Below are positions 1 through 11,750 of a DNA stretch of 64,000 bases, piece after piece. Positions within the stretch are counted from its first letter, which is position 1. Each line of letters begins with the position of its first letter. Origin of the DNA: Somniosus microcephalus (lineage: Eukaryota); assembly GCA_052327205.1 (NCBI GenBank), contig CM126207.1, positions 207,948,001-208,012,000 on the forward strand, read 5' to 3'. Under the pieces are notes generated by a model, which saw only the letters and a list, made by a program, of their open reading frames with translations, did not search any database and had not been told where the DNA came from. The translations under genes and the position numbers were made by a program.

Positions 1-21
1 TTCACTACTTCTAATGTTAAT

Positions 22-27
22 TTTATT
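22..27 (-). terminator. Candidate polyadenylation signal (AATAAA) of THAP11
   Basis: TTTATT on the + strand, about 285 nt downstream of the THAP11 stop in an AT-rich 3' UTR. Confidence 0.5.
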
Positions 28-311
28 GTTACTGCAACATGCAGAATGCACCTCAAGTCTGTTCTGCCGTGTGAAACAATCAACAACCACGGATGCCGTT
101 CGTCTGGGACGTACACACAAATTAAGCAAGTGGTTTCACTATTATATATATTTATAAAAAAAATGCGGAACGTCACATCTCAAATGTCACACGAAAAAAA
201 GTCTTAATATCCCGCGCAAACACGGGACATGATCCTTTTGATTTTGTTTGTTCTGTTGTTTTTCCTCCCCCCTCGGGTCGGGGTGGCTGCAAAGTGTCAG
301 TGTAAAAACAG

Positions 312-974
312 TCACATGCCGTGTTTCTTCCTGATGACCGACATGGACAGTAACTTCTCCTTGTTCCTCAGCTCCTCCCGCAGGATCGCCTCGCTGACCT
401 TCAGCTGCCGGATGGTGCCTTTCATCTCCTTGATCTTCACCTCCATCAGGGCGATAATGTCCTTCTGCTCGTTGAGCTTCCTCAGCAGCTCCTCGGAGGT
501 GGTGGTGGAGGAGAGCGAGTAGGAGTGATCCAGGCACTCGGGAGCCTCGGGGCGAGCGACGGCGGTGGCGGCAGCAGCGGCGACGGCGGCCGGGAGGGAC
601 GGCGAGGAGGAGGAGGAGGAGGAGGATAAGAAGAACGGTCCGGACAGGTCGATGGGCTTGACGTCCTCGGAGCCGGCGGCCGGCAGCTTCTTGCGGGACC
701 TCCTGATCTTCCTCTCGTTGACCCCTCTCAGCGGGAAGATGGTGGGCACGTTGATGGAGTAGGTCTTCCTGCCGCCCGGGAAGTGCGCGCTGCAGACCCG
801 GTGGCCGGTGGTGGGGTAGAAGGTGCTGAAGCAGCCCGTCACCCCGGTGCGGGAGATGTTCTGCAGCCACACCCGGCGCTGCTCCTCATCCTTGGGGAAA
901 GTGTAGAAGCGCAGGTCTCGGTCCCGGTGCGAGTTGTTGTAGCAGCCGGGCACGCAGCAGGTGAAACCCGGCAT
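312..974 (-). CDS. THAP11: THAP domain-containing protein 11 (Ronin), intronless, 220 aa
   Basis: Starts [18 protein letters not shown]; C2CH THAP finger (CCVPGC...RVCSAHF...VPTIFPLRG); EDVKPIDL; HCF-binding motif DHSY; C-terminal coiled coil ending VIRKKHGM. True ATG is at 974; the ORF track extends 30 codons further upstream. Confidence 0.97.
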   Translation of the reverse strand: MPGFTCCVPGCYNNSHRDRDLRFYTFPKDEEQRRVWLQNISRTGVTGCFSTFYPTTGHRVCSAHFPGGRKTYSINVPTIFPLRGVNERKIRRSRKKLPAAGSEDVKPIDLSGPFFLSSSSSSSSPSLPAAVAAAAATAVARPEAPECLDHSYSLSSTTTSEELLRKLNEQKDIIALMEVKIKEMKGTIRQLKVSEAILREELRNKEKLLSMSVIRKKHGM

Positions 975-1230
975 CTTCCCGCCGCGATCCCCGGGGCCGC
1001 CGAGCCGCCGCCGCCTCACTCGCCGCCCCAATGGGCTCTTCTCCCCCCGCCGCCGGCCCCCCACCTGGGCTTTCCCCGCTCTCCTGTTTTTGCGATCTTT
1101 TCCTACCCCCCCCCACTTTTCAATTTATTTATTTTTCCCCCAAACGCTGAGTTCGGTGCAAACCCCAGGCCGCGCGGCGGAACTACATCCCCCACAGTGC
1201 CGCGCGCCCCGCGCTGCCACTTCCGCTCCA
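340..1230. promoter_or_regulatory. CpG island covering the THAP11 body and promoter
   Basis: Very GC- and CpG-rich against an AT-rich, CpG-poor background. Confidence 0.8.
1182..1225 (+). promoter_or_regulatory. THAP11 promoter: ACTACA-N2-(T/C)CCCA SBS2/Ronin-type motif plus ETS site
   Basis: ACTACATCCCCCACAGTGC at 1182-1200 (one mismatch to ACTACANNTCCCA); CACTTCCG at 1218-1225. Confidence 0.65.
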
Positions 1231-4115
1231 ACTCACAACTCCTTTGGCCAAAAAAAAGTTCTGATGATTTTATTAAAAATGAACTTTAAAAATAAATGTA
1301 CCATTTTCCAACCTCACCTCACTGTTGTACAAAAGCTCGCGTGGATTATTACTTCTATAAATGCTGCACAAAATTTGTGTTTGAGTTTTGTTGTACACTT
1401 TTTAATGCAGTACCCGCACAAATTAAGTATTAGTTCAGCAGTTTTACTGTTACAACACTTCCAACGCGTGAATTTTTGTATAGCTTTTATTAGCTGAGAA
1501 TAGGGCGAGAGCTGGCTGCAAAGCAAAGTCCACAGAAATAATTAATTAAAAAATGAAAATCCTATTTCTTGTTATTTTATTTACAGCATATTCACCACGA
1601 GACAATACAGTTTCAAAATAGATCACTAAAATAGTTTTACAAAGTTAGGTTCTTTAACATAATTTTCGTGACATCTTAAAAGCAGTAATGTTTCAAAAAA
1701 AAGTTACAAAAAATAAAATGCATTTTAAATACAATAAAAAGGAAAACCAAATTGACAAATAATCATTGAAGATAATTATGTGACCTAAAATCAAATCATT
1801 GGACTAAAACGGTTTGAAATCTGAAATAAAACACAATCTGCCAAAAAATTAACTCGTAATTCATTCTTATTCTATCAAAACTGCACTCTCCCTTGTCCAT
1901 TATTTGCAATTCAGAAGAGTTGAGCAAACACTAGTTGTGCATTCCCACCCACCTGCAGTCTTACACTGTTTTACAGGATGCCTAGACAAATTCAATAGAC
2001 TCACTGCAGCTGATCTGGAGGGAAGTCGTACTAATTATTTTATTAATAAAGAGATAAGGATGCCCTCAGTATAATTTTAGAAAACCATCAGTTCCTTTAA
2101 CATAAAAGCATATAATTAGAACCAGAACGTGTTGTACAAATGGTTATGGTAACCCGGTGGGTATGGTACTGCCCTAAAATTGCAGAGGTTGTGATTTCAA
2201 ATCCCATCATGGCACATTGGGAAATTAAATTCAGTTAACCTGGTAATTTGTGGGCTGGCACCAGATGAAATAACCATGAAAACTGCTGGACTGTTGTAAA
2301 AACCCAACTGTTTCTCTAATGTTCTACCTGGTTCCACATACTTAATGCTTTCAGGGCAACTATGAATGGGTCAAAAATGTGGCTTTGCCAGCATTTCCCC
2401 ATATCCTGAGAACAAATCATATATATATATATAAAAATGTTGGTCTGCCAACCTTCAAAAAGAGGAAAGATATTTGTTTACTGTGATTGTTGCAACCATT
2501 AAAGGGATGTTTGCACCATAAATGGGCCAGCATGCCATGGATTAAGAATTTTAGCACAATATTTTGCACCTGAGGTTGCATAGGCAGCTCAATATGAACT
2601 CCATATTGTCAGACTATCATTCCAGCTAAAACTAGCAGTAAAATTTATTAGCAAGATTTTATAATTACTCAAAGTGAGGGTAATCAGCAATACAATTTTG
2701 ACATACAATACTTTAAACTGCCTTGTGATAATAAAAAAAGGAAACTCAGTCCTTTTTGGAATCTTTTAACTGAGACATCAATGAATGTAATGGAACCCTT
2801 TGGCACACCACAGAATTCTGTCTCACTGCCATAACATGGAAACAAATGGTTGAAGTTGGGGAACTGCAGAATAGGGATACCCAGCAGCACTTACACTGCT
2901 CCAAAGCTTCTTTTGAAACCCCAGATCAGAGCAGTCCTTTCACACTAGGCATGTTTTTTTGTAGTTGACCAAGATTCTTTGTCACAAGAAGGTAGCTAAA
3001 TATTCATTATTTCTATCACTTGAAGGGATGGGAAGTGAACAGTACCACATTTCTGGTCTGGAGAGTTGTTTGGTGGAACAAAGCTTATTGCAATTTTTAC
3101 CTAGTGACACTAGATAAAATGGTTGTAATAATCACAGTAAACAAATTCTGTCTGCCTCCACAGTCACCAACTTACACACATTGTTATTTTAACAACATAA
3201 GGTACTCAAGCAAACTCGATATGATTAAATACTGATTACAAGCAGCTCATTAACTGAGGTGGGCTACTGCTCCTTGAAGCCAACAGTTATCGCCAGACAA
3301 TATTTGTCTAATTTCCCCAATATAAAGACAAAATAATTCTTTCCAGCAATCCAACATAATGATGACACCTAACTCTACCTCTCCACCACCTCTCTCGATC
3401 ACTGCACTGCTACTGTGTTGTCAGCCTGGATGAGCAGCAATTTCTTTCAGTTAAACATAGGGAAGACCACTGTACAAGTAGATGAGTTCTCAGAATAGTA
3501 TTCCACCTGACTGACAGCAGCTCCCAGAATGCAGCACTCCCTCATCAGCATTGATTACATGCTCAAATTCCCTGGATTTCTGTCAGTGATATGCTCTCCC
3601 CAAAACATAAGGACAGGTATGCACACACACTCTACTACATTATCTCTTATCCTGCTACATTCCACGTAGTGTAGTCTAGGACACAGCTGAAAACTTGAAG
3701 TGAATGTGACCTAGAGTTAAAGCCGTTGTGCTGAAACTGAGACCATGGCAAAACTGGAGATGCATTTGTAAACTTTAGCTTTTCCAGTGCCAACATGGAA
3801 AGATCAGTTGGCACTGAACTGCATTTTCATATTGCCCATGCACTTCTTGGCATAGCGTGTTGCAGCTGGAGTGCAGTATGCCATTGTGCTGCTTGAAAAA
3901 TAATTTCTGTTAAGCTGTGCCAAGTTCTGGATTGATGGCCTGAATGAAGAAGCAGCACTTCTGCCAGGTCAGGGTTGCTAGATTAGAGGAAGAAGAAGCA
4001 AGTTTATTGACTTGCACCATGTATGGGTTTAATGAACTTGGTTAAATTCAGATTGAACCATAACTGTTCCTTTTTACAAGCTCAAATCATTTATCCTTAA
4101 CAAAATGCAATTGTA

Positions 4116-4354
4116 TAGGGTCGCCAACCCTTGAGGATTGTCCTGGAGTCTCCAGGAATAAAAATTAATCTTCTCGACACTGCTGCAAGCAACACGGGAG
4201 AAAAATCTTAGGGGCATTAAAATTGTGTGTTCTTTTCATTTTCTTTGAACACTTTCATTTATTAGCTATAAAAATATTGGAAAAAAGGCTGTTTGAGGGG
4301 GCAGTTCATGTGATGAATCCTCTGGGAATACGTCCTACTGGAGTTGGCAATCCT
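4116..4354. mobile_element. Old non-autonomous DNA transposon (hAT-like MITE)
   Basis: Imperfect terminal inverted repeats TAGGGTCGCCAAC ... GTTGGCAATCCT; target-site duplication (TSD) not clear. Confidence 0.45.
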
Positions 4355-4379
4355 CTTCTTGTGTAGTTTTGAGAAGTTA

Positions 4380-4675
4380 GGGACTTTTTATACTGGACTG
4401 TAGAAGGTTAAGGAGTGACCTGATAGAAGTTTTTTTAATTATGAAGGATTATGAAAAAGTAATCACACATAGTTAGAATGTGTTCTTTTGTCACAGGCAG
4501 TTGTTGAAACAGAGTCTATAAACCTTTTAAATGGATTTAGATAGTTGCTTGAATATTAAAGAGTACAGGCAGCAAGCAGGAGAGCAGGGCTTAAGTCAAT
4601 GGCTCATATGGAGATAAAGCAATGATGCCGACTTGATGGGGCAGTCAAATGACCAGTTCATTTGCTGTAATATTC
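4380..4675 (+). mobile_element. Degenerate CR1 LINE 3' end
   Basis: AGAAGGTTAAGGAGTGACCTGATAGAAGTTTTT (RRLRxDLIEVF) and a tail similar to other CR1 copies in the window. Confidence 0.55.
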
Positions 4676-5085
4676 TAAATGGAGCTTCAACCCAGAATAT
4701 TCTGACAGAGTTCTACCATCTAAGCTAACTTAGCACTCACTCGTTTTTAAAATACACACAGATATATAGATGTAGACCTTTCTTTAAAACCCAATACAGC
4801 TTGTAGATTTAAACTGGGTTTCCAATTTGTGTCACTCCTGACATTCCCCTCCTCTAAGTATTTATAGGAGCCTCAGACAATATTTTTAGCAAAGGCCTGA
4901 GAAGAGATTGTTTTTTCAGCCTTTTGATAAGGGTGTGGTGCTGGTAGCCCTATAGAAGGGAAAGGGGGTCTGAACGCTAAAATAAAATGTTTAATGAACA
5001 AAAATAAGTAAAAATGGGTCCCTAGTATCGGAAAACCAACAAATTCACCTAACCTCACCAAACACGAAGAAGCCACAGGAAATAA

Positions 5086-5180
5086 ACTACATTTCCCAGA
5101 GGCCATTGTGATGCCGAGGAGTTCACAGACCGCGCTTCCGGTGCCCGATTCTCGCGATAACTAGTTGAATTACGAAGCAG
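5086..5180 (+). promoter_or_regulatory. CENPT: CENPT promoter and putative non-coding exon 1
   Basis: Perfect ACTACATTTCCCAGAGGCC (SBS2, 5086-5104); GCTTCCGG ETS site (5134-5141); TCTCGCGATA, the reverse complement of the TMTCGCGAGA BANP-type motif (5150-5159); strong donor CAG|GTGAGG at 5180/5181; CpG-rich. Confidence 0.7.
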
Positions 5181-5396
5181 GTGAGGCGCGGTTGTGGGGA
5201 AGGTTCCTGAGGCCCGGACCGATCTAAACAGTCGCCTGTTTCATTGACCGACACATCCCGAACGGCCGGCTGGACTGGAGGCGTCTCAGAAATATACGGT
5301 TTAGAGTTTATGCCGAGGAGAAGGTGAATTAATCGTCAAATGAAAGGCAGTGATGGGGGCGGGTCTGGAGCCCAACCGCCGCGCAACGGATAACAA

Positions 5397-5727
5397 CCAG
5401 GGAGCCGACCCTGTAACCCGGGCACGGACCCAGGGAGCCGACCCTGTAACCCGGGCACGGACCCAGGGAGCCGACCCTGTAACCCGGGCAAGGACCCAGG
5501 GAGCCGACCCTGTAACCCGGGCACGGACCCAGGGAGCCGACCCTGCAACCCGGGCACGGACCCAGGGGGCCGACCCTGTATCCCGGGCACGGACCCTGTA
5601 ACCCGGGCACGGACCCTGGGGGCCGACCCTATAACCAGGGCACGGACCCTGGGGGCCGAACCTGTAACCCGGGCACGGACCCAGGGGGCCGACCCTGTAA
5701 CTCGGGCACGGACCCAGGGGACCAACC
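5397..5727. repeat. GC-rich minisatellite, 33-bp unit, about 10 copies
   Basis: Unit CAGGGAGCCGACCCTGTAACCCGGGCACGGACC in tandem, with one partial unit. Confidence 0.95.
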
Positions 5728-5764
5728 ACGTATTCGGGACATCAACCCAGGGAAAACTGATTCT

Positions 5765-7030
5765 ACTACTTGATTTTCAGAGCTAAGATCCTTTCTATCT
5801 GCTGTCTTTACCCATCCTTCATTATCAGGACTACCCTTCCTCCAATTCCATTTTGCCTATCTCTTCTAAAAGTTAAGTATCCTGGAATATTTATTTCCCA
5901 ACCTTGGCCACTTTGCAACCTCGTCTCTGTTATGGCTATTAGATCAAACCTGTTAAATTCTAGTGGTGCTATTAATTCATCTCTTTTGTTGCGAATGCTT
6001 TGCGCATTCAGATATAGTGCCTTTAGCTTTGACTTATTTCTATTTTTCCCTGATGTCACCGTAGTCACTGATTACCTTTGTTACTCTCTCTGTTCCTTCC
6101 TGACCCACTCTGCTTATTTTTACCCACATCTCTACTCTGCTCTAGAGCCTTGACAGTTCTCTTGCTGCTTTTAAATTTGCTCTTTCCTGAATCCTCCCAC
6201 CCCACCTTCATTAGTTTAAAGCCCTGTCTACTGCCCTAGTTATTTGGTTTGCCAGGACACTGGTCCCAGCCTGATTTAAGTGGAGCCTGTCCCATCGGAA
6301 CAGCTCCCTCTTTCCCCAGTACTGGTGCCCATGCCCCATGAACTGAAACCCTTTCCTCCCACACCACTCTCTAAGCCACGCATTTAAACCTGTAATCTGT
6401 TTGTCCCTATGCCACTTTGCGCCTCAAACTCCCTCAGCAGAACCTCATTCCTAGTTCTACCTATGTCGTTGGTTCCTACGTGGACCACAACAACTGGATC
6501 CAACCCCTCCCAAGTTCTTCTCCAGCCACGAGGGGATGCCTTTAACCCTGGCACCGGGCAAGCAACACAACCATCGGAACTCTCGGTCGCTACCACAACT
6601 ACATTCCCTTTCACTCCCCCCACTTGAATGGCCTCCTGTACCATGGTGCCATGGTTAGCTTGCTCATCCATCCTGCAGGCCTTTCCCTCATCCACACAGG
6701 CAGCAAGAACCTCATATCTGTTGGATAAGGGCAAAGGCTGAGGCTCCTCCAGCACTGCACCTGGGGTCCCCTTACCTGCCTGAGTTGCAGTCACACCCTC
6801 CTGTCCCTGACCACTAACCAGACCTGTACCACTACCTAACCTAAGGGGTGTGTCTGCCTCCTGGATCAAAGTGTCCAGGTAACTCTCCCCATCCCTGATG
6901 CCCCGCAATGTCTGCACCTCAGACTCCAGCTCCTCTGAGCTGAAGTTCCACAAGATGCAGGCACTTACTGCAAACGTGGTTGTCCAGGATCACAATGCTC
7001 TCCACAAACTCCCACATGCTGCAGTTGTGG
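5765..7030 (-). mobile_element. CR1 LINE 5' portion (ORF1 esterase plus start of the ORF2 endonuclease), decayed
   Basis: ORF1 SGNH-like VVVHVGTNDIG; ORF2 start LYLNAQSIRNK...DLIAITET...IPGY..FRRDR. Confidence 0.85.
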
Positions 7031-7225
7031 AACACCACCTGCACTGCCATCCCTATATGACCTTGTTTTATTTAATTAAATTTGTGATTAGGTAACTTAG
7101 TTTACAGTGTAGTTTCTTGACTACTTGATCTAGATTAAGTTATGGATACTGAAATTAAATATCTACCTGTAACACAAAGCACTACAAGTAGTGTAGGCAA
7201 AAAGCAACTCCTTTCCCCTCTTCTC

Positions 7226-7625
7226 CAAATTCCCACTCTTTCCAAATTCCCAAATAAAACACTGTTTAAGTACACTCTGTTTTCAGACCGCTCTGTGCTC
7301 TGCAGACCCGTTTACTCTTATACTCTAGGAGCCTCACCCAATTTACAAGTGTTGACTCTGCTCCCCTGCTCCTGCTGATTTGCACCTATTCAGGACACTT
7401 ACCGCTGACCGAACGTTAACTGCCACTGGCAGGCAGCTTCTGTTACCTACAGTTTTTAAAGTTCTAGGTTAAAATTAAAATCTTAAACTATATTTTACTT
7501 TTTACAGCTTCTACTTACCCAATACTGTACTTAGCAGAAATTCCCAATCTTTCCAAATTCCCAAATAAAACACTCTGTTCAAGTCCACTCTGATTAATCC
7601 TGCTCTTTGCAGATTGCAGTCCATC
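7226..7625. repeat. Two diverged copies of an approximately 80-bp unit, probably the CR1 5' UTR repeat
   Basis: AAATTCCCA(C/A)TCTTTCCAAATTCCCAAATAAAACACT at about 7228 and 7538, just upstream of the minus-strand CR1 ORF1. Confidence 0.6.
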
Positions 7626-7917
7626 ATGGATTGCTTTTTGTTTGTGTTTGTTACTTTGTACAGCCCAGAAAATGTACTTGTCAGTGAATGCAATAAGGAC
7701 AGGATTGAAAATGGGATCTTTCCAGATCAGCAAATGAAACAAATGGTCTGACAAAAGTAGTGCTGGTGCACAGCTTTTAGTGAAAATCCAATATGCTCCT
7801 AAATTCCAGCAAAATATGATGCATTCGAAGCCCTTCCAGATTTTCTGGGTTAACAATAGATGACTGGGAAAAGTACTTGTGCTAAATTTTTTTTTGCAGA
7901 TTTTTCTAACCAAAGAG

Positions 7918-8015
7918 ATGGATTCTTTACCTGAAGATATGACGATGCGCACCTTAATTAAGGGTATGATTGCTGAAGAGGCTCCACAGAGTATTGTGCG
8001 TCCAGGAACACACAG
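7918..8015 (+). CDS. CENPT: CENP-T coding exon 1 (MDSLPEDMTMRTLIKGMIAEE...)
   Basis: Acceptor TTTGCAG at 7899, ATG at 7918, donor AG|GTTAG; first RTL(L/I)K Ndc80-binding-type motif; ends in phase 2. Confidence 0.8.
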
Positions 8016-9286
8016 GTTAGAATGTCATCTCCCCAATTTGTTATCTCTCTACCTCCCTCTTTAAGTCCACTGACATCAATCTCACCATTCCCAGGATAGT
8101 ACTATTTTTTGAGACACGTTAAATAATGCCACCTCAGTCACACACACAGAGGGGTCAAGCATTCTAAGGCGCTTGATACAGGTTCCAGTCTCTGCGAGTA
8201 TGTGATGTTGAATCTGACCGTTGCCAGAATTTTGCAGCTGCGATTGCTGAGAGGTTACAGCGTTGGTCTTGAAATCCAGTGGGGTTCAAATCCTGCTCAC
8301 AGTGCTACTGTTTAATGTTCTGCTGAATTATCAAATCAATGAGTTGGAGCTACCTGTCGGTACTTCTCTCTCTCGGACCCTGAGGGATACTCCAGTCCGA
8401 TAGGTGCTTTTAACTGGGAGCCCAAAGTGCACCTGCAAGATTTCAACACATGAGAAGGAATCGCCCTCAAGCTGCACCTTAAATATTAACCCTTACTGCT
8501 CAGTCGCAGAATTTGATGTAGTTGCCCATGTCTGTGGTGCTCGAGTTTCATGTGAGATTCAGAGCAATACTGTGCCCAGTTTAAGACTGAAGGAAACTGA
8601 TGTTTTTATGGTGAACTCACAGAACTCTGGTATAAATTGTGCATGGCTATCTTAAGCTGCTTTTATGTTAATGTTGCCACACTAGGAGAGTGGTGCTCAG
8701 AGACCTACAAGCACTCTTTTCCCAGCAATGTGACAAGAGGTGTCAACTGGAGAGCCAATAGGAATGAACCTAACATTGTGTGCTACCTCAGATGGCAGCT
8801 CTTGGGTCACGGGGGCAGTCAAGCCCTGGATGCTCGATATATTGATAATTTAGCATTGTCCATAGGAAAACCATGTGTCTTCTATCAGTGGCACACTATT
8901 AATGTAAAAGCTTCTCTAGTGCAGCAGCAACATACTCGATGGCTGGGTAACCTGCTCTTGAGCCATTGCTGCTATATACAGAGGTTGTTCCAAGTTGGCT
9001 TGCTATTTGTCATTTTCCATTAGAGTGCTGAATTCAGTGATGAGTTGTTGATGTACAAATGTGTTGCCGCATTGATCTGACCCATCGTTGTTCAGAGGGC
9101 TATTTGACAAATAGTCTAATCACATCTAAGGTGCACGGACATTCATCAAGTGTCCCAGTGAAAAACGGTTGTTTCAACAAAGCTTAGCAAATATTTTTAC
9201 CAGATACAACTTGATCGACAGATGTGACACCTACAAATTATTCTTTGCTAATTTTGTAGATCTTAATTCTTTTTCTCTTTAAACAG

Positions 9287-9410
9287 TAGGTTACAGAAAA
9301 GAACAAGTACTCCCAAAAAGCTCACCATCTCTGTGCAGCAGTCTCCAAGTATGGTTCTTCGCAGTCACATGAAAGCAAAAGTCAGATCTTCTGTGACAAA
9401 AAAAACTTTA
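9287..9410 (+). CDS. CENPT: CENP-T coding exon 2 (RLQKRTSTPKK...TKKTL)
   Basis: AG/GT boundaries; phase 2->0 fits both neighbours; open frame. Confidence 0.75.
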
Positions 9411-10151
9411 GTATGTAACAAGCCACTTTTCTGCTATTTCATCACAACTGACGTTAATTTGTATCAATCTACTGTTGTGAAGGTTTTGGATACTTACTTT
9501 TATAAAATGCTTTTCTAATGATTTTTAGTAAAGTGTCTCCCCATGGAATATCATAGTGTGTTGATGCTCCAGTATACTGACTGCCAGTTTGGCTCAGTTA
9601 ATAGCACAGTCGCCTCTGAGTGTGAAGATCATGAGCAGGTAATCAGGAGAGCTGGATTTTTTGAGACATTAAACCAAGGCCTCATCTACCTATTCAGCTG
9701 CAGATGAAAGATCCCGTGACACTAAGTGACCAGAAGATTTGTGTCTATCATCTATTATCTGACGCATTTGGATTTATGATTTTGGGGGGGGGGGGTTGAG
9801 AAGGTATATTTCAAGATAGCTGTGTTCAAATGTGTAAGTTTGTCGGTCATCTTTTGGTCTTCTGAGAGCAGTGGAGGCAGGCATGATTATGATCCTAAAG
9901 AGAACCACTGCTTTTTAGTTTATCCTGTTCCACTGTACTGTAGCCTGTGTAGAGGTGAAAGTGTGAAAACCTTGAGAGTAGAATAGAACGTTGTGCACAA
10001 GTTTATGTTACGGACACTAGTCCAGATTTAATAAGTGAAGGGTTGCATCTTTATTATTTTTGCTTTTTGAGGAGGTGAGAATTAAATGTTCTGTAATCAA
10101 GTGAAACCTACTGTATTGACCCTTTAACACGGTTTAATTTTTACTTTTCGG

Positions 10152-10582
10152 TGTCGGCCTTGGCTCAATGAATGGTAGCACACTCGCCTACGAGTCAGAG
10201 GGTCGTGGGTTTAATTCCCACTCCAGATACTTGAGCATATAAACTAGGCTGACACTTCAGTACTGTACTAAAGGAGTGCTCAGTTAAACCGAGGCCCCAT
10301 TGCCTGTTCAGGTAGACATAAAAGATCCCATGGCACTATTCATAGAAGAGCAGGGGAGTACTGCTGGTGTTCTGGCCAAGATTTATCCCTCAACCAACAT
10401 TACTAAACAGATTATCTGGTCATTTGTCTCAGCTATTTGGAGACCCTTGCTGTGTGCAAATTGGTTGCTGCATTTTCCAACATTGCAACAGTAACTGCAC
10501 TTCAAAAGTACTTCATTGGCTGTAAGGTACTTTGGGATATCCTGAAGTCATGAAAGGTGCGATATAAAAGTTTTTCCTTCTT
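10152..10582 (+). mobile_element. tRNA-headed Deu-domain SINE (SacSINE/AmnSINE-like)
   Basis: A/B-box-like head; TTAAACCGAGGCCC...GATCCCATGGCACTATT core; L2-type tail. Further copies at about 9585, 36350, 37190, 52040 and 60170. Confidence 0.7.
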
Positions 10583-10921
10583 TAATAAACATTATTCATA
10601 ATTTATAGCCTAAGAGGCATGGTCTGATAGTGCTTATTCTCCCACTATCTTTAGGTGAGGAAAGTACAAGCTGGTTAATTCCAGTGACTAATTACAGTAA
10701 TACGGTTTCTGTTGAACCCTATGCCATGCTACATTATCACATGCATATAAGGTTGCATTTGGTTCATGAGCGAGGGGCTCATTTATGGGAGTGGTCGTTA
10801 ATACTGAGCATGAGAGCAATATCTGGTGAAGTTCTAAGATCGTAACAAAGTCACTTGTGTAAGTCCAATACTAGTGCTACAATATGCTCATTAATAAGGA
10901 AAACTTGTTTTTTGTATAAAG

Positions 10922-11039
10922 GGAACTGCTGCATCATCGAGAAAGCATTCTCCAGCCCCGAGGAACGTAGAAGCATTCCCCCGGGAGGCTCTAGATGATT
11001 ACACACCAAGAAGACTGCTGAAGAAATTCATACAGATAG
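10922..11039 (+). CDS. CENPT: CENP-T coding exon 3 (…DDYTPRRLLKKFIQI)
   Basis: Contains the TPRxLLK Ndc80 (Spc24/25)-binding motif; phase 0->1. Confidence 0.9.
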
Positions 11040-11656
11040 GTAGGTAGAAACTGCATCTTTTAAAATTTTTTATAGTTGTAGACAGCTTGTGCATTTTTAA
11101 TGAGCTGCTCAATGCAGGGATGTCACACTTAAATATATAAAGTGGAAAAAGAATGATGTCTATCTGGTAATCTTATCACAAAGAGTTCTAATTTGAGAAG
11201 TTTGTATTTCAGCTAGAATTGTATATGGAAGTCGTTGTGCAGTTCCACGGGCACCAATCAGCCTTCAGCACGTTGCCCAAGTGGCAATTAATGTGTGAGC
11301 TGAAACAGTGAGTGTTGGCAAGTTATTCAGCTATGGTGGGATATCATAGCTGAGTGTCATCTGGTCCTGAGCTGATAGCCACTGGATAGTATTAGGAGTA
11401 GGAAGTCTTGCTGATTTCCCGAATCTAGTGACTCTGAGGCCAATTATAATCCTAGGATCAGCTAACTCTGTACAGAGCAGGAAATGCAACCCGTGATGAT
11501 CTGATCTGTCTGGCTCCATTATGTATTGATTATACCAAATGAACCATCGGGGGAGAGACCAGACTACCCTTAACATTACCTGCTCACAGATTTTGCGTTA
11601 CGTTAGTAGGATTAAGATTATAAATTCTTAAACAAACTATCTTCTTTCCCCAACAG

Positions 11657-11750
11657 AGCTGGAATCCTCCTTGGTTAAGGTTGTGAATCCTAAAATGAAA
11701 GAGTCTGTGCAAAAGAATTCTCAACCCAAGACAAAATTGTCATCTGGCAG
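11657..11750 (+). CDS. CENPT: CENP-T coding exon 4 (ELESSLVKVV...)
   Basis: CAACAG acceptor, AG|GTATAT donor, phase 1->2; ESS motif continues the Ndc80 site. Confidence 0.85.

Noticed and set aside
975-1064. 30-aa N-terminal extension of THAP11 in the ORF track
   Set aside because: Begins at a non-ATG codon in a GC-rich 5' UTR; THAP domains start at the extreme N-terminus (MPGFTCC)
187-1497. Overlapping ORFs around THAP11
   Set aside because: Alternative or antisense frames kept open by high GC content; no recognisable domains
5301-5729. Repetitive ORFs (GPCPGYRV…) and a CRISPR-like appearance
   Set aside because: Translations of a 33-bp minisatellite with no unique spacers and no cas genes; eukaryotic intron
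8420-8900. Possible very old RTE-like remnant (…LRWQLLGH…)
   Set aside because: Only one short motif recognisable; boundaries cannot be supported
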